In this document: in pieces, positions 1-28,712 of the stretch
Position numbering within the stretch: the first letter of the stretch is position 1
How the letters are laid out: every line of letters begins with the position of its first letter
From: the human T2T-CHM13v2.0 reference genome, Homo sapiens
Length of the DNA stretch: 64,000 nt
Assembly: GCF_009914755.1 (NCBI RefSeq)
Contig: NC_060931.1
Direction: 5' to 3' (one strand)
Translations under genes and position numbers: made by a program
Notes under the pieces: model-generated
The model's input: the letters and a program-made list of their open reading frames with translations, nothing else
Told to the model about the DNA's origin: nothing
The model's database searches: none

Positions 1-342
1 TAAGCCTCAATTTTGGGGCTCCCCTGTCCCGTGTCACCAGGGCAATGGGGGGAAGAGGCTGCTTCAGCAGCATCTCTTAGGGCAGCAGGCAGCCTCGGAG
101 AGGGGTTGACTGGTCACATTCCGAGATGGGCATGAACCTGGGAAGTGTCCTGAAGATCTCTCTATCGCATCATGACATGATTTCCTGAAATCACTTAGCA
201 CTTGTTTTCTCTATTAACCGCCAATTAAGGATTTGATGGCTCAGCCAAGTCACAGAGCCAAACGCCTGGTGGGGTGAAAGTACTGTGCAAGCAAGCCTTG
301 AGCTGGTGGTGGCTCGGGACGGTTTGATTGCTCCTCCCCCTA

Positions 343-1014
<672 letters not shown>

Positions 1015-1506
1015 CTAAGCACCTTTCTGGGTGCAGTTATTTTATGGCCCCCAGAGCACTGTTCACCCACTGCTGTGCACCCGCCATAGTCAGGAGCTGA
1101 GGTGCGCAGGTGGGCGGTGGCAGGACGACACCACCAGACAGCAGACAGAGGCAGACAAAACACGCAGGACGCAGGGATCCTAGGGGCAAGGCAATGGGGG
1201 TCCCCACAACCGCGGCTACCTGGGGATGCACAGGCTTTAGAGCTCCATCTGGAAAGGCCTGGAGCCCTTTCCTTGTCTCTGCCTCCCTTCTTCGTTGTTT
1301 TTGGCCAAGTTTTGATTTTTGGAAGCCATTTCCAGCCCATTTAAAGACCAAATGTTCTGGGGACGGTGATTTGAGGTATTTGGAAATGTTTTCCAATTTA
1401 CAGCTCATTTCTCTATGGAAAGCCCTGACTCAGTGTGGTTCAGAGATGCTGGACGACGGCCTGTCTGTTCTAGAACCCTCGGGCGGATCTCAGGATCCCA
1501 CATTAA

Positions 1507-1904
<398 letters not shown>

Positions 1905-2049
1905 TGAGTGCTTGAGCTGGAGCTGAGGCTTTCCAGTAGAATCAAAGGAAGGGCCTAGGCTGCTGAAGTCTCCCACAGTTTCAGGACCTTTTTAATTGGC
2001 AGAGGTGGAATTCACAGTTTGTACTGGGTAGGTGGGATCCCGCCAGTCC

Positions 2050-2710
<661 letters not shown>

Positions 2711-2766
2711 TCCTGGTGCCTGTGAGAAGAGGGCTCAACTTTTCACTACTTTCCCTTTTCTTCCAT

Positions 2767-3076
2767 GTTTTTGTTTTGTTTTGTTTTGTTTTGAGACAGG
2801 GTCTGGCTCTGTCATCCAGACTGGAGTGCAGTGGTGCGATCATAGCTCTCTCCAGCCTTGATCCCTGATCTCAAGCGATCCTCCTGCCTCAGCCTCCCGA
2901 GTAGCTGGGACCACAGGCATGTGCCACCATGCCTGGCTAATTTTTACTTTTTATTGTATAGAGATGGGGTCTTGCCGTGTTGCCCAGGTTAGTCTGGAAC
3001 TTCTGGGCTCAAGTGATCCTCCCGCCTCAGCCTCCCAAAGTGCTGGGATTACGGGTGTGAGCCACCATGCCTGGTC
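2767..3076 (-). mobile_element. AluJ
   Basis: Alu consensus with J-type features (atcatagctc, cttgccgtgttgcccagg). Confidence 0.9.
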
Positions 3077-3533
3077 AGAATTTTTTAGTGAGTGATACAT
3101 TGTCTTATTTCTTTGAGGACATTACTTATGCTTTAAAAAATTATCTCCATCTATTTGCTTTACTATTTTTTAAGGGGATGTGATTTATTGCCTGTTGAGT
3201 TGGTGCCTTTCTTCCATGATACTGGCCTTTTTTCCTCAAATAATTTGAAAGTCTTGGTATCTGGGGTTTTCCATTAGCTTGTTTCTGTTTCCTGAGAATT
3301 TGTCTGTTGGTGGGCTGGAGGTATGGATGAAGAATGGGAAACGAGTGTGTAAGAATTCATTTATCTGTCTGACTTTGAGAGTGACCCTGTTTCTCCTGGA
3401 GGTCACAAGCTTTTTTTTTTTTTTTCTTTTTTCCATCCCCCAAGACTGAAAGGTCACCAGTTTTTGAGGTCAGCCAGCACCCACTCCTGTGACCATACCT
3501 ACCTTAGGACAGGTGAATCCAATGCCTAATATC

Positions 3534-4140
<607 letters not shown>

Positions 4141-4439
4141 TCCAATGCCTGATTCCTGAAACCAGCAGGGACAAGGACCCGGGTCCTACCTGTCCAGCTC
4201 TTTCTATGGTGGTCCCCTAACCAATCTCTCTGATGGTCACCTTTGGGTCCCTCTCTACCTCCTCATCTGCATCTGTGCCCCCATGTGTGTGGCTCCTAGC
4301 TTCAGCCCCGGTCCTCTTTTGTGTGTTTCTGGCTGTGATTTTTGCCTTCAATGTGGGCCCATCTACTTTCTGTCTCTTAGGGACCCCTCCAAATGTCTGG
4401 CCCATTGCTTCTCTCTTTCCAATGCCCTTGAGGACTTTT

Positions 4440-4730
4440 TTTCTTATTTTATTTTATTATTATTTTTAGACAGGGTCTCGCTCTGTCACCCAGGCTAGAG
4501 TGCAGTGGCATGATCACAGCTTACTGTAGCCTCAACCTCCTGGGCTCAAGTGATACTCCTGCCTCAGCCTCTTGAGTGGCTAGGACTATAGGCGTGTGCC
4601 ACCACAGGTAATTTTTAAATATTTTTGTAGAGATGGGGTCTCGCTATGTTGCCCAGGCTGGTCTCAAACTCCTGGGCTCAAGTGATCCATCCTCCTCGGA
4701 CCCCAAAAGTGCTGAGCCACCACCCGGCCA
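4440..4730 (-). mobile_element. AluJ
   Basis: Reverse-complement Alu consensus. Confidence 0.9.
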
Positions 4731-4919
4731 GGGACTTATTTTTTAATTTTCAATTTCTAGGCTATGGGGATGGGAGGAGGAGGTGGGAGCACCTTAACCT
4801 GATCCCGTATTGTTTGTGTACGTCCCTTCCTCTTTCCTCCTCTCCACTGCCCAAGCTTGCTGCCCCTTGCTTCTTGTACTCTGAAGGCATTTATTCCCTA
4901 GCCCGGCAGGTCACATGTC

Positions 4920-5392
4920 TCTTCCTTTCTCCTGGCTCCTCCCCTTCCTTCAGCCTTCTGGCTCTTTCTTTCTTTCTCTCTCTCTCTCTCTCTGGCTCTT
5001 TCCCTTCCTCCCTCCCTCCCTCTCTCCTTCTCTCTCTCTTTCTCTCTCATTCCTCCTCCCCTCCCCTCCCCTCCCCTCCCCTCCCCTCCCCTCTTCTCCC
5101 TTCCTCTCCTCCTCTCTTCAGGGTTTCACTCTGTTGCCCAGGCTGTAGTGAAGTAGCATGATCATAGCCACTATGATCCTGGGCTCAAGCCATCCCCTGC
5201 CCCAGCCTCCTGAGTAGCTGGGACTACATGTGTGTGCCACCACGCCTGGGCTAATTTTTTAATTTTTATTTTGTAGAGGCAGGGTCTCACTATGTGGCTC
5301 AGGCTGATCTTGAACTCCTGGGCTCAAGAGATCCTCCTGCCTCAGCCTCCTAAAGTGCTAGGATTACAAGTGTGAGCCACTGTGCCTGGCCT
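4920..5392 (-). mobile_element. CT-rich tract (4920-5118) fused to AluJ (5119-5392)
   Basis: Polypyrimidine tract followed by antisense Alu. Confidence 0.9.
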
Positions 5393-5956
5393 GGCCACTT
5401 CCCATTGCAGGCAAGTCTCTAGACTTGCCGTGGTCTCTCTCCGCTCTGTGCCTGTTACACCGCTGCTTCCCCTGCTGGCTTCGTCCCCTCTCACGGCCCC
5501 CACACATTGGTCAGTTGGTCGGTTGGTCGGTTGGCTAACTTATCTTGCACTACTCAGCTGGTGGCCTCAGGGCCTGCTGGGCGAGATGCCCTGCTCCGTT
5601 CCTGTAGCTTGTGTGTTCACCACGTGGTGGAACGTGTTACCTGCTGTTCCTATGGACTGTGTCATCTCCTCTCCCCACCAGGGTGAGATTTCCACGGGCA
5701 GGGCTGAGTCTTTCTCACCAATTCCACACTGAGTGGTCAGTGACGGGAATGATGCCAAGGCTTGGTGGCCAAGGGTTGCAAGTGTTCTCTCTTCCCCTCA
5801 GACCGAGACAGAGGGTCTCAGTGGGCCCCCCATCCAAGAGAGCGAGCCTCCACCCCAGGTTTGCGGGGGCCCCTCCCTGTCCAGCACGGCCCCCTGACCC
5901 GAAGTTGGCAGCTCTGGGAACAGGCAGGGCTCATGTGACTGTTGCTCTCTCCACAG

Positions 5957-6079
5957 GCACTGGTGCCATCACACAGTGACACGGACGGTGTCCTGCCAGG
6001 TGCAGAATGGCTCGGAGACGGTGGTCCAGCGCGTGTACCAGAGCTGCCGGTGGCCGGGGCCCTGCGCCAACCTCGTAAG
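5957..6079 (+). CDS. COL26A1: Collagen XXVI alpha-1 coding exon (exon 2), N-terminal half of EMI domain; phase 2-2, 123 nt
   Basis: Acceptor ttgctctctccacag|G and donor AG|gtaaag. Translates HWCHHTVTRTVSCQVQNGSETVVQRVYQSCRWPGPCANLV(S), a Cys-rich EMI pattern with an NGS sequon. CpG-rich relative to its flanks. Confidence 0.96.
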
Positions 6080-6499
6080 GTAAAGGCCGCTGGGCTAGGC
6101 TTCTCTGCCCTTCCCTCCCATTCCCTCGGACAAAACCAGTCCCAGGATGGCTCTGGGAGAGGCTGGGCTGTGCTCACAGACAAAGACTGAGCATGCATTT
6201 ATGGAGCACCTTCTGTATATAAGGCATGGGTGTGTGTATATAGGGTATATATGTGTGTGTGCAAAGATGTCAGAGACATGCTCCTACCGCAACAGAACCA
6301 CACAACCCAGTGGGTGTTTGACAGAAGACCACCACAGATGAGTGGGGTATGGGATCCGAGGTCGGGGAAGGCCAGGTGGGGTTGAAGAGGGAACCAACCA
6401 GCCTTACGGCTCCAGGCTGGAACGAGGGGCTACAATGACCTTGGAAATCCAGCCTGTCTTTGGCCCCATCCATCACAGGCCTCGCCCCTGGCAGCACTG

Positions 6500-6794
6500 C
6501 CCCACTCACCAGGCATGTCCCTCTCACTGGCCCTACTTGTTACTGGACCTGCCCCTCACGAGGCCTGCCTTTCACCAGCCCTGACCCTCATGAGCCCCAC
6601 CCTTCACCAGCCCTGCCCCCACCAGCCTTGCCCCTCACCAGCTCTGCCCCTACCAGCCACGCCCCTCACCAGCCACACCCCTCACCAGCCCCTCCCTCTC
6701 ACCAGCCCCTCCCTCTCACCAGCCCCGCCCATAGTCAGCCCTTCCCTCTCACCAGCCCCTCCCTCTCACCAGCCCCTCCCTCTCACCAGCCCTG
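6500..6794. repeat. C-rich minisatellite, about 18 units of 15-17 bp (CCTCTCACCAGCCCCTC)
   Basis: Repeated TCACCAGCCC core, more homogeneous towards the 3' end. Confidence 0.9.
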
Positions 6795-7062
6795 ACCAGA
6801 CCACAGGCTTCAGGGACTCTTCAGCATCCGCAGAGAGATCTTGCTGTCAGACACCAGCATTCAGGGTCTCCAAAGTTCCAACTCTCCTTCTTTTCCCTTC
6901 TTCCTCCTCTCCAGGCCGTGCTTAGCTCCAGGGACTGGCTTCCCCAAACCACTCTCCCCACAGCCTGCCCAGCCTGGGGCCTCTAGCCCAAGCACCGTGG
7001 AGCCGCTGTCCTCAAACTCCAAATCCCTTCCCCTCCTTTGTGCCCTCCCTAACGGGACATTT

Positions 7063-7900
<838 letters not shown>

Positions 7901-8024
7901 TAGAGATGCTTCACTTGAGACCCCTATTGCATACAAGTGTTTTGATACAGGTCATTCTGCAAGGGGAATGGCTAGGTAAACGGAATGTCATTCATTTTCA
8001 TTTTTATTAGAAACAGCTGCTTTT

Positions 8025-10598
<2,574 letters not shown>

Positions 10599-10915
10599 AT
10601 TTAATAATTTATTAGGGAAGGAGAGGTTAACACAGTTTTCTTTCTCACTAGTAACTCATAAATGAGCTAGAATTGGGTGCACACCCTCTGTCTGTGGCCT
10701 TGGGGCTGCTGTCTGGGCAGGGAGAGGCAAGATGACAACAGGTTGCAGCATTATCCTTTGGTCCCCTGGGGTTCCATATGCATTCCTGTCTCAGGTCCTG
10801 GTTTTGCTGGCCTTGCCTATATGAAGCATCTGGTTTGTGGCAGCCATCTCACTGGTCTCCCCACTCCCCACCCTGCCCCGCTCTAGCTCCTTCTCTCCAC
10901 AGAAGCTGGAGGGAT

Positions 10916-11313
10916 ATTTTATTTTATTTTATAAGGGTCAGGATCTCCCTTTGTCCCCCAGGCTGGAGTGTAGTGGTGTGATCATAGCTCACTGCAGCCT
11001 TGAACTCCTGGGCTCAAGCAATCCTTCTGCCTCAGCCTCCTGAGTAGCTGGGACTACAGGCACACACCACCATGCCCAGTTAATTTAAAAAAAATTTTGG
11101 CCAGGCGCGGTGGCTCATGCCTGTAATCCTATAACTTTGGGAGGCTCAGATGGGTGGATCACGAGGTCAGCAGTTCGAGACCAGCCTGCCCAACATGGTG
11201 AAACCCTGTCTCTACTAAAAATACAAAAATTAGCCAGGCGTGGTGGCGGGTGCCTCTAATCCCAGCTACTCAGGAGACTGAGGCAGGAGAATCGCTTTAA
11301 CCTGGGAGGCAGT
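10916..11313. mobile_element. AluJ right arm (-) 10916-11097 abutting a 3'-truncated AluS (+) 11099-11313
   Basis: Orientation switches at the A-rich linker. Confidence 0.88.
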
Positions 11314-11461
11314 GTTCATTCCCTGGCCGAATTGCTCATCGTCTGCCCGCTCTGCTAGTCTGGGAGCCTTAGGAGGTCCGGGACTGTCTCATTGGCTGCT
11401 GTGTTCCCCATACCTGGCTTGCAGGAGATGAAGCAGCATTACTGAATTGAGGTTAGGTTAG

Positions 11462-12118
<657 letters not shown>

Positions 12119-12289
12119 AGCATAATTTTTTAGCATAGTTTTTCAGTTTTCTTAAGAGTCTGCTGCAAGAGTCTGCGTGCTGGGTAGAATTCCCTGAGCG
12201 AGCAGAGCCTGGGTGGGAGGAACTCGGAAGGTTCCTGGGAGCACTTTGAGGCAGGGTCTGTCTTCTGCACTGGTTTCCCCATGGCTCAT

Positions 12290-12615
12290 AATGGCTTGTG
12301 TCATCACTATAAATGACGTTACCAAAAGAAGCTTCAATAACGGGGGAATATTCACCTCACAATCTATCTGGGAGAGGCGGCCAGGTCTCAGCCATGAAGA
12401 TCCTGGGATCCTTTGACTGAACTCTCCACCCACACCTGTGTGTCCACCATGACCTTCCTCAAGGTCGCAGAAGGGCAGCAGCAGCTCCAGGCATCACGTC
12501 TCACACCACAGTGTCCCAAAAAAGAGAGGAAGGGGATGGGACACAGTTTTCTCCTATCAGAGAGTACAGCCTTTTCCAGAATCCCTAGCAGACTTCCCTG
12601 GATGTCTCATTGGTC
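12290..12615. mobile_element. MLT1-family (MaLR) LTR remnant
   Basis: ccttttccagaatccctagcagacttccctggatgtctcattggtca resembles old MLT1 (J/K/L). Confidence 0.55.
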
Positions 12616-13049
12616 AACATTTTTCCTCTGAGCCTCAGTTTCTCCAGGGCTAAGATGGTGGTGATAGAAGGCTGCCTCAAGAGGTTCTTGGAAGGGGATG
12701 TGAGGTTTGCAGGGGAAGGTCCTGCACTGAGCCTTGCTGTAATAAGAACCCTGGGAATGCAGACTGAGGCCAAAGTATGGGTGAGCTATGAAGAGAATCA
12801 GAAGCAGGTCCCAGCACGTCAGCCGAGGCAGCTCCCAGCGGGCAGTTCTGGCCTAGGCATGCCTTGATCTTGCATTCCGCTCTCTGAGGTTAGGGTGGCA
12901 AACCCCAGCTGGGCCCTGTGTAGCCGCCTTGTGTGGTACTCTGTTGCTTACCATCCTGCCTGCTCAGTGTGTCTTGCTACATTTCACCCCCAGCATTTAC
13001 ATAGAAATTTGCAAATGTGTGTATTTCTTGTCTGTTCCCCCTCATCATT

Positions 13050-13795
<746 letters not shown>

Positions 13796-14155
13796 GTCTT
13801 CACCATTTTCAGGAGCTGTAGGGGACCCAATTCTGGTTCCCTTCATTCTTTGAAGCATTTTGGATGCTTTCATTTGTGTTGGCTTAAAACTTTTGTGTGG
13901 AAAAGAGAATGGAGTCTGCTCCTCATGGTGTGACTAATGTAAACAGCCTCTCCTGGTTCCCCTCTTCCTACGACACATTTCTTTTGCTATTTTACACATT
14001 TGTGATTTCTACGGCGTGAGTATATTCTAGATTTATTGTCATGATAACACAAGAAAGAGAAAGGGGAAAGTGTCTTCCAGGTTGTTCCCCAGGCTTTTTT
14101 GGGAGTTGGAGGTGTCAACTTAAGCAACAGAGAGAAGCCCTCTGAAAGAAATGAC

Positions 14156-14365
14156 AGCCCGGGCAACATAGTGAGACCCTGTCTCTACAAAAATTTTAAA
14201 ATTAGCTGGGTGTGGTGGTGCATGTCTGTAGTTCCAGCTACTCAGGAGGCTGAGGTGGGAGAATGGCTTGAACCTGGGAGGTTTGAGGCTGCAGTGAGCT
14301 ATGATTGCGCCACTGCACTCCAGCCTGGGCAACACAGTGAGACCCTGTCTCAAAAAAAAAAAAAA
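14156..14365 (+). mobile_element. 5'-truncated AluJ
   Basis: Starts mid left arm; A tail present. Confidence 0.88.
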
Positions 14366-14369
14366 GGCA

Positions 14370-14660
14370 AAGAGAATGATATTTATTTGAGAATGGGCAT
14401 TGCAACGGGAGTATGCATGCATCGTAAATGATGCGGGTATTCAGGGAGGAAAAGGAAGATAAGGGTTTTTAAAGAAAAAGTGAGAAGTAGATAATTGTTC
14501 TGAATCAATTATCCTTGGCTACAAGTATCAAAAACAAGGGTGGTGTCAGTTCAAGGTTGGACAGGCAGTCGCTGGGTAGATGTAAATATATTTTTGTGCA
14601 TGTGTAAGGTTGTGGTGGACTTTGTGCAAGGTTGTGGTTTTTGCAGTCTTTTGTGGTCGT
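14370..14660. mobile_element. ERV1-class LTR fragment (MER31-like)
   Basis: ggtggtgtcagttcaaggttggacaggcagtcgctgggtagatgt resembles the recalled MER31 group. Confidence 0.5.
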
Positions 14661-14799
14661 GTGTGTGTGTATGTGTGTGTGTGTGTTGAGACACAGTCTT
14701 GTTATGTTGCTCAGGCTGGTCTCCAACTCAAGCAATCCTCCTGCCTCGCTCGGCCTCTCAAAGTGTGAAGATTACAGGCATGAGCCACCGCACCTGGCC

Positions 14800-17790
<2,991 letters not shown>

Positions 17791-17794
17791 TAAT

Positions 17795-18258
17795 TTTGTG
17801 TTTGTTTTAGAGATGGGGGTCTCGTTTTGTTGCCCAGGCTGGGGTGCAATGGTGTGATCATCTCTCACTGCAGCCTTGACCTCCTGAGCTCAAGCAATCC
17901 TCCTGCCTCAGCCTCCCGAGTAGCTGAGACTACAGGCGTACACCACCATGCTTGGCTAATTTTATAATTTTTTTTTTTTTTTTTGGAGACGAAGTTTTGC
18001 TCTCGTTGCCCAGGCTGTGAGTGCAATCTTGGCTCACTGTAACAGTTGCCTCCTGGGTTCAAGAGATTCTCCTGCCTCAGCTTCCCGAGTAGCGGGGATT
18101 ACAGATGCCCGCCACCATGCCCAGCTAATTTTTTGTATTTTTAGTAGAGACAGGGTTTCTCCATGTTGGTTAGGCTGGTCTCAAACTCCTGACCTCAGGT
18201 GATCCACCCGCTTCAGCTTCCCAAAGTGCTGGGATTACAGGCATGAGCCACCATGTCC
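17795..18258 (-). mobile_element. AluJ right arm followed by AluS
   Basis: Alu consensus. Confidence 0.88.
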
Positions 18259-18259
18259 A

Positions 18260-19879
<1,620 letters not shown>

Positions 19880-20029
19880 TCATTATTCCCAGGACTTTAC
19901 TACATGGACCAGCACATTGAGGTGCTCAACAATGTTCATTAAATGAATGCGTTCATCTTCTTGTGAGATGAAAGGAAAATAGGTATCTGTAATACAACCA
20001 TTTTCTTTGTGGATTTTCCCATCTGGTGA

Positions 20030-20605
<576 letters not shown>

Positions 20606-21042
20606 TGAGTGAGTGTGTTGGTGAGGAGAGAAGGCGGCACTCAAAACTAACGCTCACTAGTGAGCATGGGGACAGGGTGCGAGGCAGGGTGCCCAGTCAA
20701 CAGCATGATGTGGACAAGAATGCAGGCACCTGCCTGCTCCGGTTGGGTGTACTGGGGACAGTGACCTTACCTGGGGTTTTGCAGATCATGTGTTCATCTA
20801 TTCAATTGTTCATTCAATGTTGTCTGAGCAGTGAAGGGCCAGGAACTAGTGTGTAGAGAGAACACGATCCTCTCCTCGTGTGTACAGGGTTGATGCGGGG
20901 AGGACATGTTCAAAGATTCACAGCATTGGAGGGAGACCTGGTCCGTGGGTTTCCCTTGGGAGTGACATTTAGCAGAGACCTGGGGGACTAGGAGATTTCA
21001 CTAGGGGAAGAGATGCTGGTGAGGAGGAAAGAGCTCTGTTCA

Positions 21043-21328
<286 letters not shown>

Positions 21329-22611
21329 AAGACAGCTGTTCAGGCCATGTAGTCGCCCCTGGAGGAAGCCCCTGGCTGGAGGCAGACACCCTGGGCCAAC
21401 CCCCTCCCTGCTGGCTGGGAGGCTGGACTGGACTGGGTGACTTTATTGCCAGGGTCGGGGACTCAAAGGCAGACAGACAAACCATGCTTCCCTCCTCCGT
21501 GCCTCAGTTTCCCATCCTGGGAAATAGAACCCCCCCACCTTCCTCTGGAGTGGATCACAGCCCCGGCTGGGCTCTGTTCATTGCAGTGGGGACGTTGGGC
21601 GTCACGGACATTGGGTGTCACTGACACCACCCTAGTCCCCTCCTAAACCCCTCGGTTGGCTGCTGGCTGGGACGGGCTGGGGCTCTGGGGCCTGATAGAC
21701 TTAGAAGGACAAGTCCCAGGGACTCGGGGGGTTAAGTTTTCTTCGGCCGGGCTTCCCCTGCCCTTGGCTGTCTCCCAGGCCCCTCGGAGTCCTTTGATGG
21801 CATTAGAGCCAACCTTTTCCAGATGTGCTGAGCAGAGGGATTTGCCGGAACTCTCCGGGGCTTCATCTGCCTCCTTCATTCCCCTCTGCCAGACGGCCCC
21901 CTGCCCGCCAGCCTCCCCACTCTGGTTGGGTCGCCTGCTGTTCAGGATGGATGCCCGCAAGGCAACACAAAGTCCTGGATTGAAGTGCTTTCTTAAAACA
22001 TGCTCTTTCTTCCCTGCCTCTCCTCCTTAGCGGGACTGTTTGGGTTGAGAAGCTCACCATGGCTGCCCACCCCAAGCAGTGGGGGCCTGTCTGGGCTGCA
22101 TCCACTGCACCACCCCGCACCGCCCCCAGGTGGACTGTGACCCTGGGCCAGAGGGTGAGGTGAGGTTTGGCAGAAGACCCTGCCCACTGGGCCCACTGTC
22201 CATTCCGTCTGGCTCTCGGGAACGTCTAGCTTGGATTCTGGGGAGGCTGGAGGCCTCAGAAATGCAGTGGGAAGCCCCTTTCCCCTCCCCGCTGGCCTGC
22301 AGCTATTAATCAAGAGATTAATAATCCCCTGCCTCCCGCTCTGAAACCTCCACTCTCGTTTCCTGTTGAGTCTCCAGCCTGACTCGGAACCTCCCAGTCT
22401 GTTTCTCCCCTCGTGGGGGTTCCTAGTGAGGAAGTGGAGGCCAGGGGAGGAGTCGGGGGCGGGCAGGCATGGAGGCTGAGAAGGGGTACGTGCCCAGTGA
22501 GGGAGGGGCATCTGGCTCCCCCAGGCAAGGTTCTGGGCTGGCAGAGTCATTCTGAGCAGGCGATCCCTGGATGGTGCAATGTCCCCCCGCACCCGAGGCA
22601 GGACTTCGTGA

Positions 22612-23039
<428 letters not shown>

Positions 23040-23362
23040 TGAATGCTTCGTTCTTTCCACCAGTCTTCACTGGGTGCAGACGATGTGCCTCGCTCTAAGC
23101 TAGGCAGGCGGTGTAGCCAGTGGCTCCGTGGAGAAGGATGTCAGACAAATAATTACATACATGGGTGTACAATCATAAGTGCTTAGAAGAGAAGTCTGGG
23201 TACTTTGAGGGTGTAGATTGAAGAGGCCCAGCTTGCTGTAGGGTGGAAGGGACCGAGTGTGGGCTAGTCAGGGTGGGCTTCTAAGAGGAGGCAGCACTTT
23301 CACTGAGCTCTGGGAGGCTGCATGACTTGGGCAGAGACAGAGCACATGCACACAGGGCCAGT

Positions 23363-23474
23363 GGAGTCCTGAATGGGGGCGGAGTTCCGAATGGGGGGCG
23401 GAGTTCCGAATGGGGGCGGAGTTCTGAATGCTGGTGGAATTCTGAATCGGGCGGAGTTCTGAATGGGGGCGGGG
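23363..23474. repeat. Tandem repeat, 6 units of about 18 bp (GGAGTTCYGAATGGGGGC)
   Basis: Seen directly; units are 17-19 bp. Confidence 0.92.
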
Positions 23475-23578
23475 AGGAGCTGGTGGCCAAGGAGAGGAGG
23501 AGGGATGGCCAAGGTATACAGTAGCCAGATGGCAGAAGTCCACAAGGTTAGGCTTAGGATTTGGGTATTGTCCTAAGA

Positions 23579-24489
<911 letters not shown>

Positions 24490-24665
24490 TCAGGGCTGGC
24501 TCCTCCACTTTCTGTTGATGTGGACCAAGTCCAGCTCTGCACCTACCTGCCGCACAGTCTCTGGTGGACTCAGTGTTTTCATCCATAAAATGGGACAGTA
24601 ATACTCTCAGGTGTGAGTGGGCCGAGTACGCAGGCATTCAGTGGCTACAGCCCCCTTAAGTTCCC

Positions 24666-27689
<3,024 letters not shown>

Positions 27690-28340
27690 TGAAGTGAGAG
27701 TGTCTGGTGCATCTGGAGGGCTCCCGCCTGGTGGGTGAGGGCCAGAGGTGTCTGTGTGAGGTGGAGGAGGGCCAGCACATTTGGCTCAGCAGCCCGGACT
27801 CTCTCCTGATGACAGTGGGGACGGCCGAAGGGTGTGGGTTGGGAGGAATGAGGTCAGGTCTGTATTTTGCAAACCCAGCATCCATGCACCCCTCCTGCAC
27901 TCACAGCCTTACACCAGGCATCCTGGTCTCCCTGGTATCCTCATCATACAGACCAGGAAACAGGCTCAGAGAGGTTTAGGTACCTGTGCAATGTTGTATA
28001 GTGAATTAGGGACAGAGCCCAAATGCCAGGCTTGCACTCCTGAGCCCAGGGCTCCATTGATCCCATCGTGCAGAGGTTAAGGGAGGGACCTGATTTTTTG
28101 GCATCAGCTGTGCTCAGCAGGGTGCAAACAACAGCAGCTTGGCCCTTGCGCCTGCCCCGGGCCCTGGGTGGACTCTGTAGTTTTTCTGGTCTCTCGTAGT
28201 CGGAAGACCATTTCAGGAATTAATTTTAAAACTGCCATTTTTAATCTAAACAAAAGCTTCTCCTCTGTCCAAGCTGGGCCTGCTTTCGGCTGGCAGATCT
28301 GCGGCAGCAAGAGGGTTGTGAGCCCTTTCTGTTTTTCTAG

Positions 28341-28710
<370 letters not shown>

Positions 28711-28712
28711 GG

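Noticed and set aside
5818-6198. Track ORFs overlapping exon 2 (5942-6190 +, 5818-6198 -)
   Set aside because: Wrong frame or strand; the real frame is set by the splice sites and the EMI cysteine pattern.
21350-21366. CTCF-like motifs here and near 335, 33838 and 54815
   Set aside because: Each has core mismatches or spacing errors; not supportable without a PWM scan or ChIP data.
23363-23474. Repeat array as a CRISPR-like or STAT/HSF site array
   Set aside because: No unique spacers and a eukaryotic context; the TTC-N-GAA spacing of 1 fits neither GAS (N3/N4) nor HSE (N2).
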